Shown: in pieces, positions 8,711-18,317 of the stretch | Layout: each line of letters begins with the position of its first letter | Position numbering within the stretch: position 1 is the stretch's first letter | Source: a phage | Length of the DNA: 64,000 nucleotides | Sequence record: NC_101837.1 | Direction: 5' to 3' (one strand) | Notes under the pieces: model-generated | The model's input: only the letters and a program-made list of their open reading frames with translations | Told to the model about the DNA's origin: nothing | Databases searched by the model: none | Program-made: the position numbers and the translations under genes

Positions 8711-8944
8711 ATGGCAAAAATTCGTAAATTATCCAGCAATCAGGTTGTGAAAGACTTTGAATCTGGAGAGATTCTGTATGTTCGTGATGCAGATGACGAA
8801 GGTGAAGATCTTGTTATGTTGGTGGGGCACGCTGAGGACGGATGCATCCAAGCTGTTTTTCTTGAAACAGCTATGGTGCACTGGATAGAGCTGGACCTGA
8901 AAGCACGAAAACCTAAAGCAGAAATCCTGATTTACGAAGATTAA
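8711..8944 (+). CDS. hypothetical protein
   Basis: 77-aa ORF in compact plus-strand cluster. Confidence 0.4.
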   Translation: MAKIRKLSSNQVVKDFESGEILYVRDADDEGEDLVMLVGHAEDGCIQAVFLETAMVHWIELDLKARKPKAEILIYED

Positions 8945-8960
8945 CAAAAAGGAGAGAGCC

Positions 8961-9410
8961 GTGTTGAGCAAACGTGAATGCGACAGCATTAGCCTGAATT
9001 CTTATAAGAAACAATGGTTTGGGGTAGAAGTTTGCCGACTGCGGCTAGGCTCCTACCTGAACTTCGTTTATTATGAGAGCGACAGCCGTATCGTTTCTTA
9101 TGAAGTGTTCTACACTAAGAACACCTTCGAACTACGCCGTAAAGTGGATGGCGGGAGAACTACCACCCAGAATAATTGGGAAACTATCCTCCCTACAGAT
9201 GTTATAGGAAGTCCCCTGAATGTATCTGAAGATGAAAATCTTATGGTTCATGCTATGATGGGACTTGACAGCTTAGAGCTGGCGATCTATGATATGTCCA
9301 TCGAAGCAGTTAAGCTGGACTACATCGAAAACACTTTAGAGGAAGGTATCAAGAGGTTTCTCAGTGAGAAATTAAAAGACTACTTTCATAAGGAGCTATA
9401 CCTATTATGA
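8961..9410 (+). CDS. hypothetical protein
   Basis: 149-aa ORF, GTG start preceded by AAAGGAGAGAG. Confidence 0.4.
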   Translation: MLSKRECDSISLNSYKKQWFGVEVCRLRLGSYLNFVYYESDSRIVSYEVFYTKNTFELRRKVDGGRTTTQNNWETILPTDVIGSPLNVSEDENLMVHAMMGLDSLELAIYDMSIEAVKLDYIENTLEEGIKRFLSEKLKDYFHKELYLL

Positions 9411-9652
9411 AGACCCGTAAAGAACGTAACAAAATTTTACCTGGAGCTCTCGAACACCTGATGAAGTGCAGATCTATTTGGCACTCTGCCAAGGAAGGGC
9501 AGAAGGTGGTTGTGGTTAGTGACAATACCAACCCGTTTGGAGATTATACCACCATGATGGCCCCATATGTCCGTGATGGCGTTGTAGAAGTGGTCCCTTA
9601 CAACGGTCTGCATGAACGGCACTTTGAAAGCACTTTGTTAGTGGAGCTATAG
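9407..9652 (+). CDS. hypothetical protein
   Basis: 81-aa ORF overlapping upstream stop by 4 nt. Confidence 0.4.
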   Translation: MKTRKERNKILPGALEHLMKCRSIWHSAKEGQKVVVVSDNTNPFGDYTTMMAPYVRDGVVEVVPYNGLHERHFESTLLVEL

Positions 9653-9654
9653 TC

Positions 9655-10221
9655 ATGGCGGTCAATGTGGCTTACAACACAGGAAAGCTTGACAGAGACA
9701 TTGGGTGTCTTGTCCTTTCAGATACAGAAGAGTATTGGGGTTATGGGTTGCTGTCAGACCCACACCCGAGCAACCTTGTATCAACAGTGCTATACCGCTA
9801 CGACCCTGTGCCAACGGTACACGACAAAGACATTCACGACCTTCGGATCAAGTGTCTGGAAGATCTGCTGAACAATGGTTGCAACGATCTGCGGGTAGCC
9901 AAAGAGAAGCTTACAAACATTCACAAAGAGGAAGTGATGAGCACTCTCAGTAAGAGATCAGTGCACAAAAAGATGATGCTGAACTTTGCAATGGGTATCT
10001 ACATGGACGGGTATAAGGGAGGTGATCCGATTCTCAAGCTTCGCTGCCCAACACTGTGGGAAAGAGTGGTTGACAGTAAGGACGGTACTGCCCTGCTTGA
10101 GCTACACACTGCAGGTTGGATTTGGCGGTATGTAGACGGATACCCTCTGTGGGCATGTGGACCTGGGGAATTTGTTGACAGACCTAGCGCGGTGGTGGAC
10201 TTACTATTGCAGTTTGAATAA
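9655..10221 (+). CDS. hypothetical protein
   Basis: 188-aa ORF. Confidence 0.4.
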   Translation: MAVNVAYNTGKLDRDIGCLVLSDTEEYWGYGLLSDPHPSNLVSTVLYRYDPVPTVHDKDIHDLRIKCLEDLLNNGCNDLRVAKEKLTNIHKEEVMSTLSKRSVHKKMMLNFAMGIYMDGYKGGDPILKLRCPTLWERVVDSKDGTALLELHTAGWIWRYVDGYPLWACGPGEFVDRPSAVVDLLLQFE

Positions 10222-10276
10222 AAGTGAGATATAAGGTGTTCATGCACCTACCAACAATACAACAAGAGAGACTGAG

Positions 10277-10552
10277 ATGACGAAAGAAGAAGCTGACGTA
10301 TTAGACTTTGCACTGGAGGCTACGCAAGAGGCTCTGGTGTTAGCTTGGAAAATGAACCAGCGTGCTGCAGAATGCAACCGCCGAATCAATGAGATTCTTG
10401 GCATGTCTATGTATGATTTCACTATGCATGCCGGAGAGATTCCTGAATTAACTGCTGAGATGAATGATCTTGACGATAAAATTAATATTATTCTGAAGAC
10501 AGCAGAAACAACTCACCAAACCGCCCGTAAATTTATCAACGAGAAGGTGTGA
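10277..10552 (+). CDS. hypothetical protein
   Basis: 91-aa ORF. Confidence 0.4.
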   Translation: MTKEEADVLDFALEATQEALVLAWKMNQRAAECNRRINEILGMSMYDFTMHAGEIPELTAEMNDLDDKINIILKTAETTHQTARKFINEKV

Positions 10553-11028
10553 ATATGGACTATAGCTACTGCGGGGAAGAGGTCCCTTTTAACTACAGCA
10601 ATCTTACCACAAGCAATCCATATGAGACTCACCACGGCACGCACATCATTGCCATTGACTTTGATGGAACGTTTAATGCGAGCCCTTTCATCTTCTCCCG
10701 CCTGATCAGGGACCTGAAGAAGGAGGGGTGGACAGTATACCTTGTGACTTTCCGATTCATTACTCAAGACAATGTGGACATTGAGTATTGGCGCAAGGAG
10801 CTCGATGTTGGTGTGTTTTATACTGGCGGTGTTCAGAAGGCAGCCTACCTGGCGCAGTTTGATATCTACCCAGATATCTGGGTTGATGATTCTCCGGCAT
10901 GTATTCCGGCTAAAAATCAGTTAGAGTTTGCAATGAAGGAGATTGAGTACAAGTCTGAGGCTAAGCGGAACGGATGGCCCTTTATTATTGAAGATTACCC
11001 AGATCCTGAACCGGAGAAAGAGCCATGA
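10549..11028 (+). CDS. HAD-superfamily phosphatase-like protein
   Basis: motif I IIAIDFDGT, motif II VYLVT, motif IV IWVDDSP. Confidence 0.5.
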   Translation: MNMDYSYCGEEVPFNYSNLTTSNPYETHHGTHIIAIDFDGTFNASPFIFSRLIRDLKKEGWTVYLVTFRFITQDNVDIEYWRKELDVGVFYTGGVQKAAYLAQFDIYPDIWVDDSPACIPAKNQLEFAMKEIEYKSEAKRNGWPFIIEDYPDPEPEKEP

Positions 11029-11195
11029 GGCGAAGATATCATTACCTGATGTGGAAGTTATATCATGGTGCTGCTAAAGCTTACCGCACCGTGTTTGGTA
11101 ATGACAATCACTGCATTATGTTACACCTTACCGCCATTGAACATCACAATGAGTGGATTCGTGCAATCGTAATAGGTGACAAAGATTTTAAGTAA
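11025..11195 (+). CDS. small hypothetical protein (56 aa)
   Basis: not in ORF track (under 60 aa); ATG overlaps upstream TGA (ATGA); open frame MRRRYHYLMWKLYHG... to TAA 11193-11195. Confidence 0.3.
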   Translation: MRRRYHYLMWKLYHGAAKAYRTVFGNDNHCIMLHLTAIEHHNEWIRAIVIGDKDFK

Positions 11196-11225
11196 AGTAT
11201 TGCTTTCTAGATGGAGACTGATTAA

Positions 11226-11606
11226 ATGTGCAAGTGTAAATCCTATAATTGGAAAGTGAAAGGTGCCAAGCATCAAAATGTTATCGTTGATGTGCCTAAA
11301 AAGCTCCGTGACGGCAAAAAACGTGTGTGCCTTGATAAGTGCATGGCTAAGCCTATCATGAGTCTATGGGCGGCAGGATTGAAAACTATAAACTGCTGCT
11401 GTGGCCATAACAAAGATGTTCCAAGTATCATTATCCCAGAAGATGCAGACCCTAAAGCTTATGCCAAAATACTGACCCGCTACCCCAGCACCTTCCTGAT
11501 CGGAAAATGGTGTCACGATGAACTTCAATGGTGGGTAGCATACGGTAGTATAGGTACTGCTTTTGGCTTTCCAGCTCTGTCAGAGCGCTACGTCAAAGTG
11601 TCATAA
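11226..11606 (+). CDS. hypothetical Cys-rich protein
   Basis: 126-aa ORF; GGAG upstream; multiple Cys including CCCGH. Confidence 0.4.
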   Translation: MCKCKSYNWKVKGAKHQNVIVDVPKKLRDGKKRVCLDKCMAKPIMSLWAAGLKTINCCCGHNKDVPSIIIPEDADPKAYAKILTRYPSTFLIGKWCHDELQWWVAYGSIGTAFGFPALSERYVKVS

Positions 11607-11711
11607 TCGATTTTAAGGCCTCAAAAGAGGCCTGTGCCTTCAATAACTCCACCCTCTCTTGTGATTACACCCACCTTTCAAAAAACTTCCCCAAAACGCT
11701 TAAAAATGTTG

Positions 11712-11741
11712 TTGACAGCACACACCCCAGTTTGCTATTCT
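11712..11741 (+). promoter_or_regulatory. sigma70-like promoter (TTGACA-18-TATTCT)
   Basis: consensus -35 at 11712-11717, -10 at 11736-11741, upstream of gene at 11776. Confidence 0.35.
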
Positions 11742-11775
11742 CATTATCACAGATACAGAACGGAGTAACAAAAAA

Positions 11776-12105
11776 ATGGCACATGTGAATATTAAACTAC
11801 ATTATCATGGTAGAAAACCAAAATATCCAATGCATAAAGTATTTTGGGGATTGCATATCCAAGAAAAAGAAGGTATTGGTTACTGGTTTTGTGACCACGA
11901 TAGACAATGGCATACCCATGAAGAAGTGTGCACTATGATGGAGCAGGGTATTAAATTTAATTTCTCAAACTATGATCATGGTGTTAATTGCATTCGAAAA
12001 TTGAAACGATTTCTTAGAAAGAATCCTGAACTTAAAGGGCTTACATTCTTTATGTCTCATAACTACATGGGGTATAGCGCTACTGTAACTGCAAGGATTA
12101 AGTAA
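11776..12105 (+). CDS. hypothetical protein
   Basis: 109-aa ORF. Confidence 0.4.
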   Translation: MAHVNIKLHYHGRKPKYPMHKVFWGLHIQEKEGIGYWFCDHDRQWHTHEEVCTMMEQGIKFNFSNYDHGVNCIRKLKRFLRKNPELKGLTFFMSHNYMGYSATVTARIK

Positions 12106-12106
12106 T

Positions 12107-12325
12107 ATGAGCAAAGTAAAATTTGTTAAATTTAAAAATCCTAATGGAATAACAGCCCTTATGATGGGTGTACACTTTACACCGGGCAAAGAGTATGAGG
12201 CAGATGTATACAATGGGATAGATGGTAAAGTTGGGATAGGTGTGTGGACAAACCGTGGAGAAAGATACTTTATCAAGGATATAGATGCTCACTGGGGTAT
12301 TTGGGAAGTTGTTGGAGATCTGTGA
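12107..12325 (+). CDS. hypothetical protein
   Basis: 72-aa ORF. Confidence 0.35.
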   Translation: MSKVKFVKFKNPNGITALMMGVHFTPGKEYEADVYNGIDGKVGIGVWTNRGERYFIKDIDAHWGIWEVVGDL

Positions 12326-12394
12326 TAATGAAATGAAATACTGTTTCTTCGGCAATATGTAATATAGATTGGTTAAATATGGAGACTGATAGAG

Positions 12395-12595
12395 ATGGCT
12401 GATTTTTGTAAAGACTGTTCTGAAGAGTTGTTTGGTCGTGACTGCGGAGATCTGAAAGGATTGATCACTGAGGATCAGTGGAAGGAAGGCTATGCAGCAC
12501 CTGTTATTTGTGAAGGTTGTGGCTATACCTATGTTGACCATAAAGGTAAGCGCGTCAAGCCGTCTGAAGATGGGTCGTGTTGGGAATATTACTAA
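12395..12595 (+). CDS. small zinc-ribbon-like protein (two CxxC pairs)
   Basis: 66 aa, CKDC...CEGC; GGAG upstream. Confidence 0.4.
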   Translation: MADFCKDCSEELFGRDCGDLKGLITEDQWKEGYAAPVICEGCGYTYVDHKGKRVKPSEDGSCWEYY

Positions 12596-12602
12596 TTATA
12601 AA

Positions 12603-12633
12603 AAGAAAGGGGCCGTCTGGCCCCTTTTTATTT
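12603..12633. terminator. bidirectional rho-independent terminator between convergent transcription units
   Basis: stem GGGGCC/GGCCCC 12609-12624 flanked by A-tract on one side and TTTTTATTT on the other. Confidence 0.55.
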
Positions 12634-12641
12634 GCCTCCTG

Positions 12642-15600
12642 TTAACTAGGGAAGTTTGTATAAGCTTCGAGATGGTATTGCTGGTTACCAGGTAGCATAA
12701 CACCTATGCTTGCAACACCTAATGTTCTACCACCAGGGTTCCACTGAAACTTAAATCCAATCCAACCCGAGCTTCTGGCTGCATCAATGTTGTCACTGTA
12801 CCCAAAAGTGGCTAGACCATCAACACCTGCTCCGAAAAGCAGTTGTATCTGGTTCCTTGGTAGGCCAATAATTTCAGGTATGTAAGCACCAAAAAATGTA
12901 GGGTTGGTGGTTGTGGTCGGATTGTTCATGACCGGACCGGTAAAGACCCTCATATTGGACGTTCCTGCAGGTCTAGGGTAAGCCCCGTCAAGAGGATTTC
13001 CTTCCCAAATAAACCACTGAGGTGCCATCTGTCTGACAGTAAACGATGTTGAAGACGTTTTGCGGCCTGCATCATCTCTAACTACAAACTTTATGGTGAC
13101 ATTCCCAGTAGCTTTAAATGTTACCAGCCCTGTGGTGGCATCCACTGTTGCAATGTTGGTATTACTACTTTCCCAAGTCTTTCTAATCCCGGATACGTTG
13201 GAAGGGGTGATAGAAGGTTCCTGCATCTGCAGTTTACCGCCCACAATCCCTATGCCGTTGCCCGGATTATACAGCACACCGACCTCGTCTATAATGTTCC
13301 CTGCTTTGAGACTATACTTCCTTGAGAAGTTGTAAGTTCCGTTATAAGTGTGTGTCCCTGAGAATGTGACATCTGCCTTCCCGTAAGAGATGCAAACCAA
13401 CGCATACTTCCTGTCAGGCAACGTTTCTCCAGTCTCTGGGTGAGTTTTACCTACCTGGAACACACTCGGGTCAGTAGAGTCGTGACTATCACTAACGGAG
13501 CTTGGACCGCCCATCAACTGTGACAAACAATTCCTTACCCATGTCCAGTTATTATCGCTGGAGAAGTCCACAGTCAAATCAAACACAACCCACTCATTTG
13601 GCTTCCACACAGGTGTTGCAATGGACTTGCCTACACCGCCTCCTTGGAGTGTTGCCGACTGTTCGGTGATCAGTGCCGCATAGGCCAGAGTTCCTAAACT
13701 CAGAGTCTGGCTTGCTGTCCTCACTACCTTAGAATCAGCATCTGTGAAGTTGTTGATGATTTGGAATGTGCCATAAGTGTTTTTACAGGTAATTCTGGCG
13801 TTCAGCGTGTCAATCTTCCTCACATCTGCCATAGCAGTGTTAGACACAGAGAAGTCAGAAGCTTTAGCTGAGTTTGCCGCAACAGCAGGATCAACGTTAA
13901 GAGTTGCGTTGAACTGACAGGCAGGGGTAACCAGCAGCTTGTTATCACCTATTTGCTTCCATGAAATACTTTGGACAGGTAGATTCCATTTAATACCTGA
14001 GAAAACTTTAGCAACCCTTGGCCCCAGAGCTCCAGTTCTGTTGTCTTTACAGCACATAGACATGGTGATTGTTGACGGAGTAGCCTGTCCGAACAATTGC
14101 TGTGCTTTTGCAGAGGACATGGTGTAGAAATTGTCCTTAACAAACTCATCAGCGGCTAAAGATCCGTCAGCCCTCCACCATTGAACCTGATACCCTGTTT
14201 TGTCCCAACCACCGACCTGCTTCAGGTCTTCCCAGGAGATTTCTAGATCCCCAGTGGTAGGGTTGATTGCAGCAGCTCCTGGTGTTCCAGAGGACCATAA
14301 TGGGATATCGAACCACGCTGGTTTAGCAGACTGCACTGCACTAGGACCTATTGCAGCAGCAAGTTGCTGGCCCATCAATACACGAGCATCTTTCACCAGA
14401 CCCCACTCGATCATGGACCCGGAGTAACCTTCTTTCTTGTAGGCTGAGGATCCGTTCAAATGGATGAGTCGGCTTGTGCCAAAGTTATATGCTCCACCAC
14501 CGTTGTCGTCTGCAAAATTGTATATAACCCTATCTCTGATATCTTTCCATGCTCTACCGCCAATCTCGTAGTCATGGTCATAACATCTTTGCAATGTTGT
14601 CCAGCAAATGATCGCCATCCTTCTGCCGTCACTAAAGCCAAAGGCCTGATCGTTAAGCTCTCTCCACAAGTAGCAGTTAGTGGTCCACATAGCTCTGTGA
14701 ATGTTGAACCAATTTATAGACCTGGCTGCATTGTTGTAGGCGGTGCCTTCTAGCGTAGGCCACACTGCATTAACCAGCATGTCCTCTGTCCCTGCGTCTA
14801 TCAGGAATCCTCTCACTTTCTTACCCATTCCTACCCTATCCTTGGCAATCCATGAGCCGAACAATTTCAGTTTAGGACCGATTACGGCATCCTCTGGATG
14901 CTCAAGAGAGACATACTTCAAGTATACTGTAGGATCACCGTAGGTGCCATCACAAACAGCTTTGTGCATGTTTTCACCAAGGTCCAGACGGATACCTGTG
15001 AGAGTTTTGGTATCATCTGTGAACTTATCTGTCAAATCAAACTCGTACCACCACCACCCGGCTCCAAGTAAAACTTTCTTACAGCGCTTAGAGTCTGTGT
15101 CGGAGATTCTTTTATCTCCCGCATATGGTGAGTCTGCAAACTGGTAGTGCAGAGCAACTTCAAAAGGATGTGTGGATGTTCCGTTTTCTGCAAGAACTTG
15201 CTTTCCGATCAGATCGCATTTAATAATCATCACGACACGTCTGTACCCATTGGCAACTGGAACGTCGAACGGATACCTTGCACCATCCATATTCGCATGC
15301 AAAGCTGCGAAATTTATGTATGGGTCAACAGCGTTACCTAAAGTTTCAGGCCCTGGGATCATCTTGTACTTCTTGACCTGTCCCATGATATAGTCGCTGC
15401 CGTAGGTTGCAGCCTCGAAGCAAGAACCGCTGTCAGGCAGTTCAGCAGGCCCCCAAAAGTATGCCCCGTAACAATTATAGAACCACTTGTTAGGGTCATA
15501 GTTATTCTTGAAGGTCTGAACCTCGTTTGCCTGTTTTGTCAAGAAAACCTGAGTATCTGTAAAGATTGCAGGATTTACCCTTGCCTGACGCGGAGGGTAA

Positions 15601-18269
15601 CCTGTAGTTTGGTTAAACCACAGATTGCAAGAGTAATCCCTCATATAGTCATAATCAGAGTATTTGTTTACATCTTCGTTCCAACACATGTTCAGGTTGG
15701 TACCGCCCATGCATACAATATATTCTGCGACATACTTATCACTTCTGGTAGGAATACCTATGAACCATCTGTTAACAGGCTCATCCCAAGCTGTGCGCTC
15801 ATCTTTAACGCAGATAGCAATCCAGTCATGTGTTCCTGTTTTCTTGCACACATCTCGCTTCATACCATAGTAGAACTCTTTAGTATTCGGCTCAGGTGCA
15901 TTTATCAGGTAACTCCATGCCTGATTTGCATAAGTCCCATTGGTGCGCGGATCATGATCAAAGGCATACATGATGATCCTTTCCCCACCAAGATGTTCGC
16001 CAAGAGTAACTTTGACATTCACATCGCCGTAACCGTTGCGAACAACATCCATATTGTCAATAGAGATGCCTCTAGGAGTGTAGGCAATTTTCAGTGAGTT
16101 ATTCTCATTAGCGCCACCAAGAGTGACCCCTATGTTGTTTGTTGTCCCGTCGGCATATCTTACTGTGGCTTCCCAGCGTATTCCGAAATATCCTGCATCA
16201 TGACTAACAATTTTCAGTGTACGAGCACCAGAGTTAGGTTTTCCAGGATCAGGCCAAGGATCTGGATGTTCATGGACAGTCAACGATGTTCCGTTTTGCT
16301 CGTTGACCTGCAACATTTTACCGCCTCTGCCGTTAGGGTTGAACTCCCACAAGGCTTGTGTTTTCACAACATTGTCATACGTAGTACGTCTCTGATCGTA
16401 GATCTCTTGAGTCACATCGTAGGTTACAGACCCGGCATCCATTCTACAGAGTCGTACCATATACGATGTATCGCCTTCTACAGCAGGTTGAGCTGCGTTA
16501 AGCCCGAAGTATACAGTATCGTTGACATGGAACTGTTTGTTTCTACCGACAGTATGCCACTTGCCGTTGGACGGATACGCAGGAACTATGGTGTTCCAGT
16601 TCAAAGTTCTTGTCGTATGGGTTCTGCCTGTGCCATGCTTGTCATGATAGGTTATTTTTACAGAGTACAGGCCACGTCTGTTAACATTTCTGTTATACTG
16701 GGTAACAACAACTTCGTTGGCCCCACCGTGGTTCCAGTTGGTGGAGAATTGGTAATTTGCATCTGTAACAACCGTACCTGCAGCATTTACCAACTCAATC
16801 TTGTCAATAATGAACGTAGCCCCCTCTGGCTGAGGCTTCAATTTCATCTTGACCGTGTCACCAATGTAGATATTGCTAACACTACTAACACCATTAACGT
16901 CGAAAATATCATCAACGCCCCAACTGTCTACTGGGACATTTTTATACCAATTCTCAGGAACCTCTGTGAACCCCTGACTATTAAGTCTGCCGCCAAACAG
17001 GTTATTAGAGCCTGCAAAACTTCCCCTTGGGATGCCTGACCACCAAAGTTTGCCATTAACAACAGTAAAGGTCCCTAAGAAACCTTCTCTGTGGATACCC
17101 TGGAAATAAACACTTTCTGTCCAGCTTACTGGCATCCGTTGCTCGACGTATTTAGCCGTAGCCAGAGCCTGATAGTGAATAAAATTAGCCCTAGGACTGT
17201 TGTTTGCAGATTGTGCACCAATATCATTGCACAGATTGCGAGAGAAGCCACGATACTGTTTGGTGCCATTATTGAAGAAAATGCCACTTGTGCCGTATCC
17301 ACGAGCCATTATCACCTCATGGGTGTAGGTGATATTTAAGGAACGCCATGTGTCATCTCCCCAGACGTCTTGCCCGTAGAATACGTTAACAAGCTGTTGG
17401 TCATCAGGTTTGTGCATCCTTTCTGTGGCTATAATTGCACCATTAGGTCCACACATGAACCCTTTCCATGTCTCGCCCACCGGGATGCCTTTAAACTGGT
17501 CAAGAGTCACATGCTCGGCTGGATAAACTAGTGTGTTTTTGCTGTTATTTCTTAAGAAATCGTAACCTGCAATCCAGAATCCGTTAGGACCACCAAAAAT
17601 AACCGAGTTGTCATGAACTTCACAATTAATTCTTGGATTTTTCCAAGGACCTGTCTCTGGACTTTCAGATGTTTCACCGATCTTAACTGGAGTAGCGTGT
17701 TGACTTTTGTCAACATGAAGAGAGCCGTAAGTATTATTGCCAGAGCCGTACAGGTGAAGCATACCATCAGCCTCTGGTGCAGCAATTACCCACACTGTAT
17801 TGTTTACGCCACCCATTACTTCAACAAGTCTCTCAGGATGGGTGTCCAAATGCAACCCTGTTACGATCTGTTCCGGCAAAGGTGTCCACTCTCTGACACA
17901 AACATCGTTTCCACCTGCTGCCTCCGATCCGATAAGACCAGCTGTGCAACCAATATAGAAAAATTTATTATCGAATGTGCGGATTACAAATGCACGGTCA
18001 GCTCTCCAAACATGGTCTACGTTCCAAGCTGCCTCATTAGGATAGTTTATTGTATCAAGATCTCCAGTCCGACACTCTCCGAACCTATTATAGCCAGTAA
18101 TATTAAGCTGACCATCATCAAAAAGTATAGCTAAGCTATTTACATAGGATACTGTGTTGCTTGTACCATCACTGTTGTCTATTGGGTATGACAGAACAGC
18201 AAGTTCCTTAATTCCACCCCTCTTATCGAGGAAATGACGACCAAGTTTTAGCAAAGGGATTGGAAGCAT
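12642..18269 (-). CDS. giant tail fibre/tailspike-like structural protein (1875 aa)
   Basis: single uninterrupted ORF at distal end of tail-fibre block; Gly/Asn/Trp/Thr-rich composition typical of beta-rich fibre proteins; no catalytic motif confirmed. Confidence 0.45.
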   Translation of the reverse strand: MLPIPLLKLGRHFLDKRGGIKELAVLSYPIDNSDGTSNTVSYVNSLAILFDDGQLNITGYNRFGECRTGDLDTINYPNEAAWNVDHVWRADRAFVIRTFDNKFFYIGCTAGLIGSEAAGGNDVCVREWTPLPEQIVTGLHLDTHPERLVEVMGGVNNTVWVIAAPEADGMLHLYGSGNNTYGSLHVDKSQHATPVKIGETSESPETGPWKNPRINCEVHDNSVIFGGPNGFWIAGYDFLRNNSKNTLVYPAEHVTLDQFKGIPVGETWKGFMCGPNGAIIATERMHKPDDQQLVNVFYGQDVWGDDTWRSLNITYTHEVIMARGYGTSGIFFNNGTKQYRGFSRNLCNDIGAQSANNSPRANFIHYQALATAKYVEQRMPVSWTESVYFQGIHREGFLGTFTVVNGKLWWSGIPRGSFAGSNNLFGGRLNSQGFTEVPENWYKNVPVDSWGVDDIFDVNGVSSVSNIYIGDTVKMKLKPQPEGATFIIDKIELVNAAGTVVTDANYQFSTNWNHGGANEVVVTQYNRNVNRRGLYSVKITYHDKHGTGRTHTTRTLNWNTIVPAYPSNGKWHTVGRNKQFHVNDTVYFGLNAAQPAVEGDTSYMVRLCRMDAGSVTYDVTQEIYDQRRTTYDNVVKTQALWEFNPNGRGGKMLQVNEQNGTSLTVHEHPDPWPDPGKPNSGARTLKIVSHDAGYFGIRWEATVRYADGTTNNIGVTLGGANENNSLKIAYTPRGISIDNMDVVRNGYGDVNVKVTLGEHLGGERIIMYAFDHDPRTNGTYANQAWSYLINAPEPNTKEFYYGMKRDVCKKTGTHDWIAICVKDERTAWDEPVNRWFIGIPTRSDKYVAEYIVCMGGTNLNMCWNEDVNKYSDYDYMRDYSCNLWFNQTTGYPPRQARVNPAIFTDTQVFLTKQANEVQTFKNNYDPNKWFYNCYGAYFWGPAELPDSGSCFEAATYGSDYIMGQVKKYKMIPGPETLGNAVDPYINFAALHANMDGARYPFDVPVANGYRRVVMIIKCDLIGKQVLAENGTSTHPFEVALHYQFADSPYAGDKRISDTDSKRCKKVLLGAGWWWYEFDLTDKFTDDTKTLTGIRLDLGENMHKAVCDGTYGDPTVYLKYVSLEHPEDAVIGPKLKLFGSWIAKDRVGMGKKVRGFLIDAGTEDMLVNAVWPTLEGTAYNNAARSINWFNIHRAMWTTNCYLWRELNDQAFGFSDGRRMAIICWTTLQRCYDHDYEIGGRAWKDIRDRVIYNFADDNGGGAYNFGTSRLIHLNGSSAYKKEGYSGSMIEWGLVKDARVLMGQQLAAAIGPSAVQSAKPAWFDIPLWSSGTPGAAAINPTTGDLEISWEDLKQVGGWDKTGYQVQWWRADGSLAADEFVKDNFYTMSSAKAQQLFGQATPSTITMSMCCKDNRTGALGPRVAKVFSGIKWNLPVQSISWKQIGDNKLLVTPACQFNATLNVDPAVAANSAKASDFSVSNTAMADVRKIDTLNARITCKNTYGTFQIINNFTDADSKVVRTASQTLSLGTLAYAALITEQSATLQGGGVGKSIATPVWKPNEWVVFDLTVDFSSDNNWTWVRNCLSQLMGGPSSVSDSHDSTDPSVFQVGKTHPETGETLPDRKYALVCISYGKADVTFSGTHTYNGTYNFSRKYSLKAGNIIDEVGVLYNPGNGIGIVGGKLQMQEPSITPSNVSGIRKTWESSNTNIATVDATTGLVTFKATGNVTIKFVVRDDAGRKTSSTSFTVRQMAPQWFIWEGNPLDGAYPRPAGTSNMRVFTGPVMNNPTTTTNPTFFGAYIPEIIGLPRNQIQLLFGAGVDGLATFGYSDNIDAARSSGWIGFKFQWNPGGRTLGVASIGVMLPGNQQYHLEAYTNFPS

Positions 18270-18317
18270 TGTGTTCTCCAGATAAGAAAACCGCCCCGTC
18301 AGGAGCGGTTAGATATA

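Noticed and set aside
16200-17039. Long antisense ORFs inside the 1875-aa gene and other large structural genes (e.g. 279-aa ORF here; also 13060..13335, 15609..16097, 35627..36139)
   Set aside because: Fully nested opposite a continuous long ORF in a co-directional operon; no RBS; compositional artefacts
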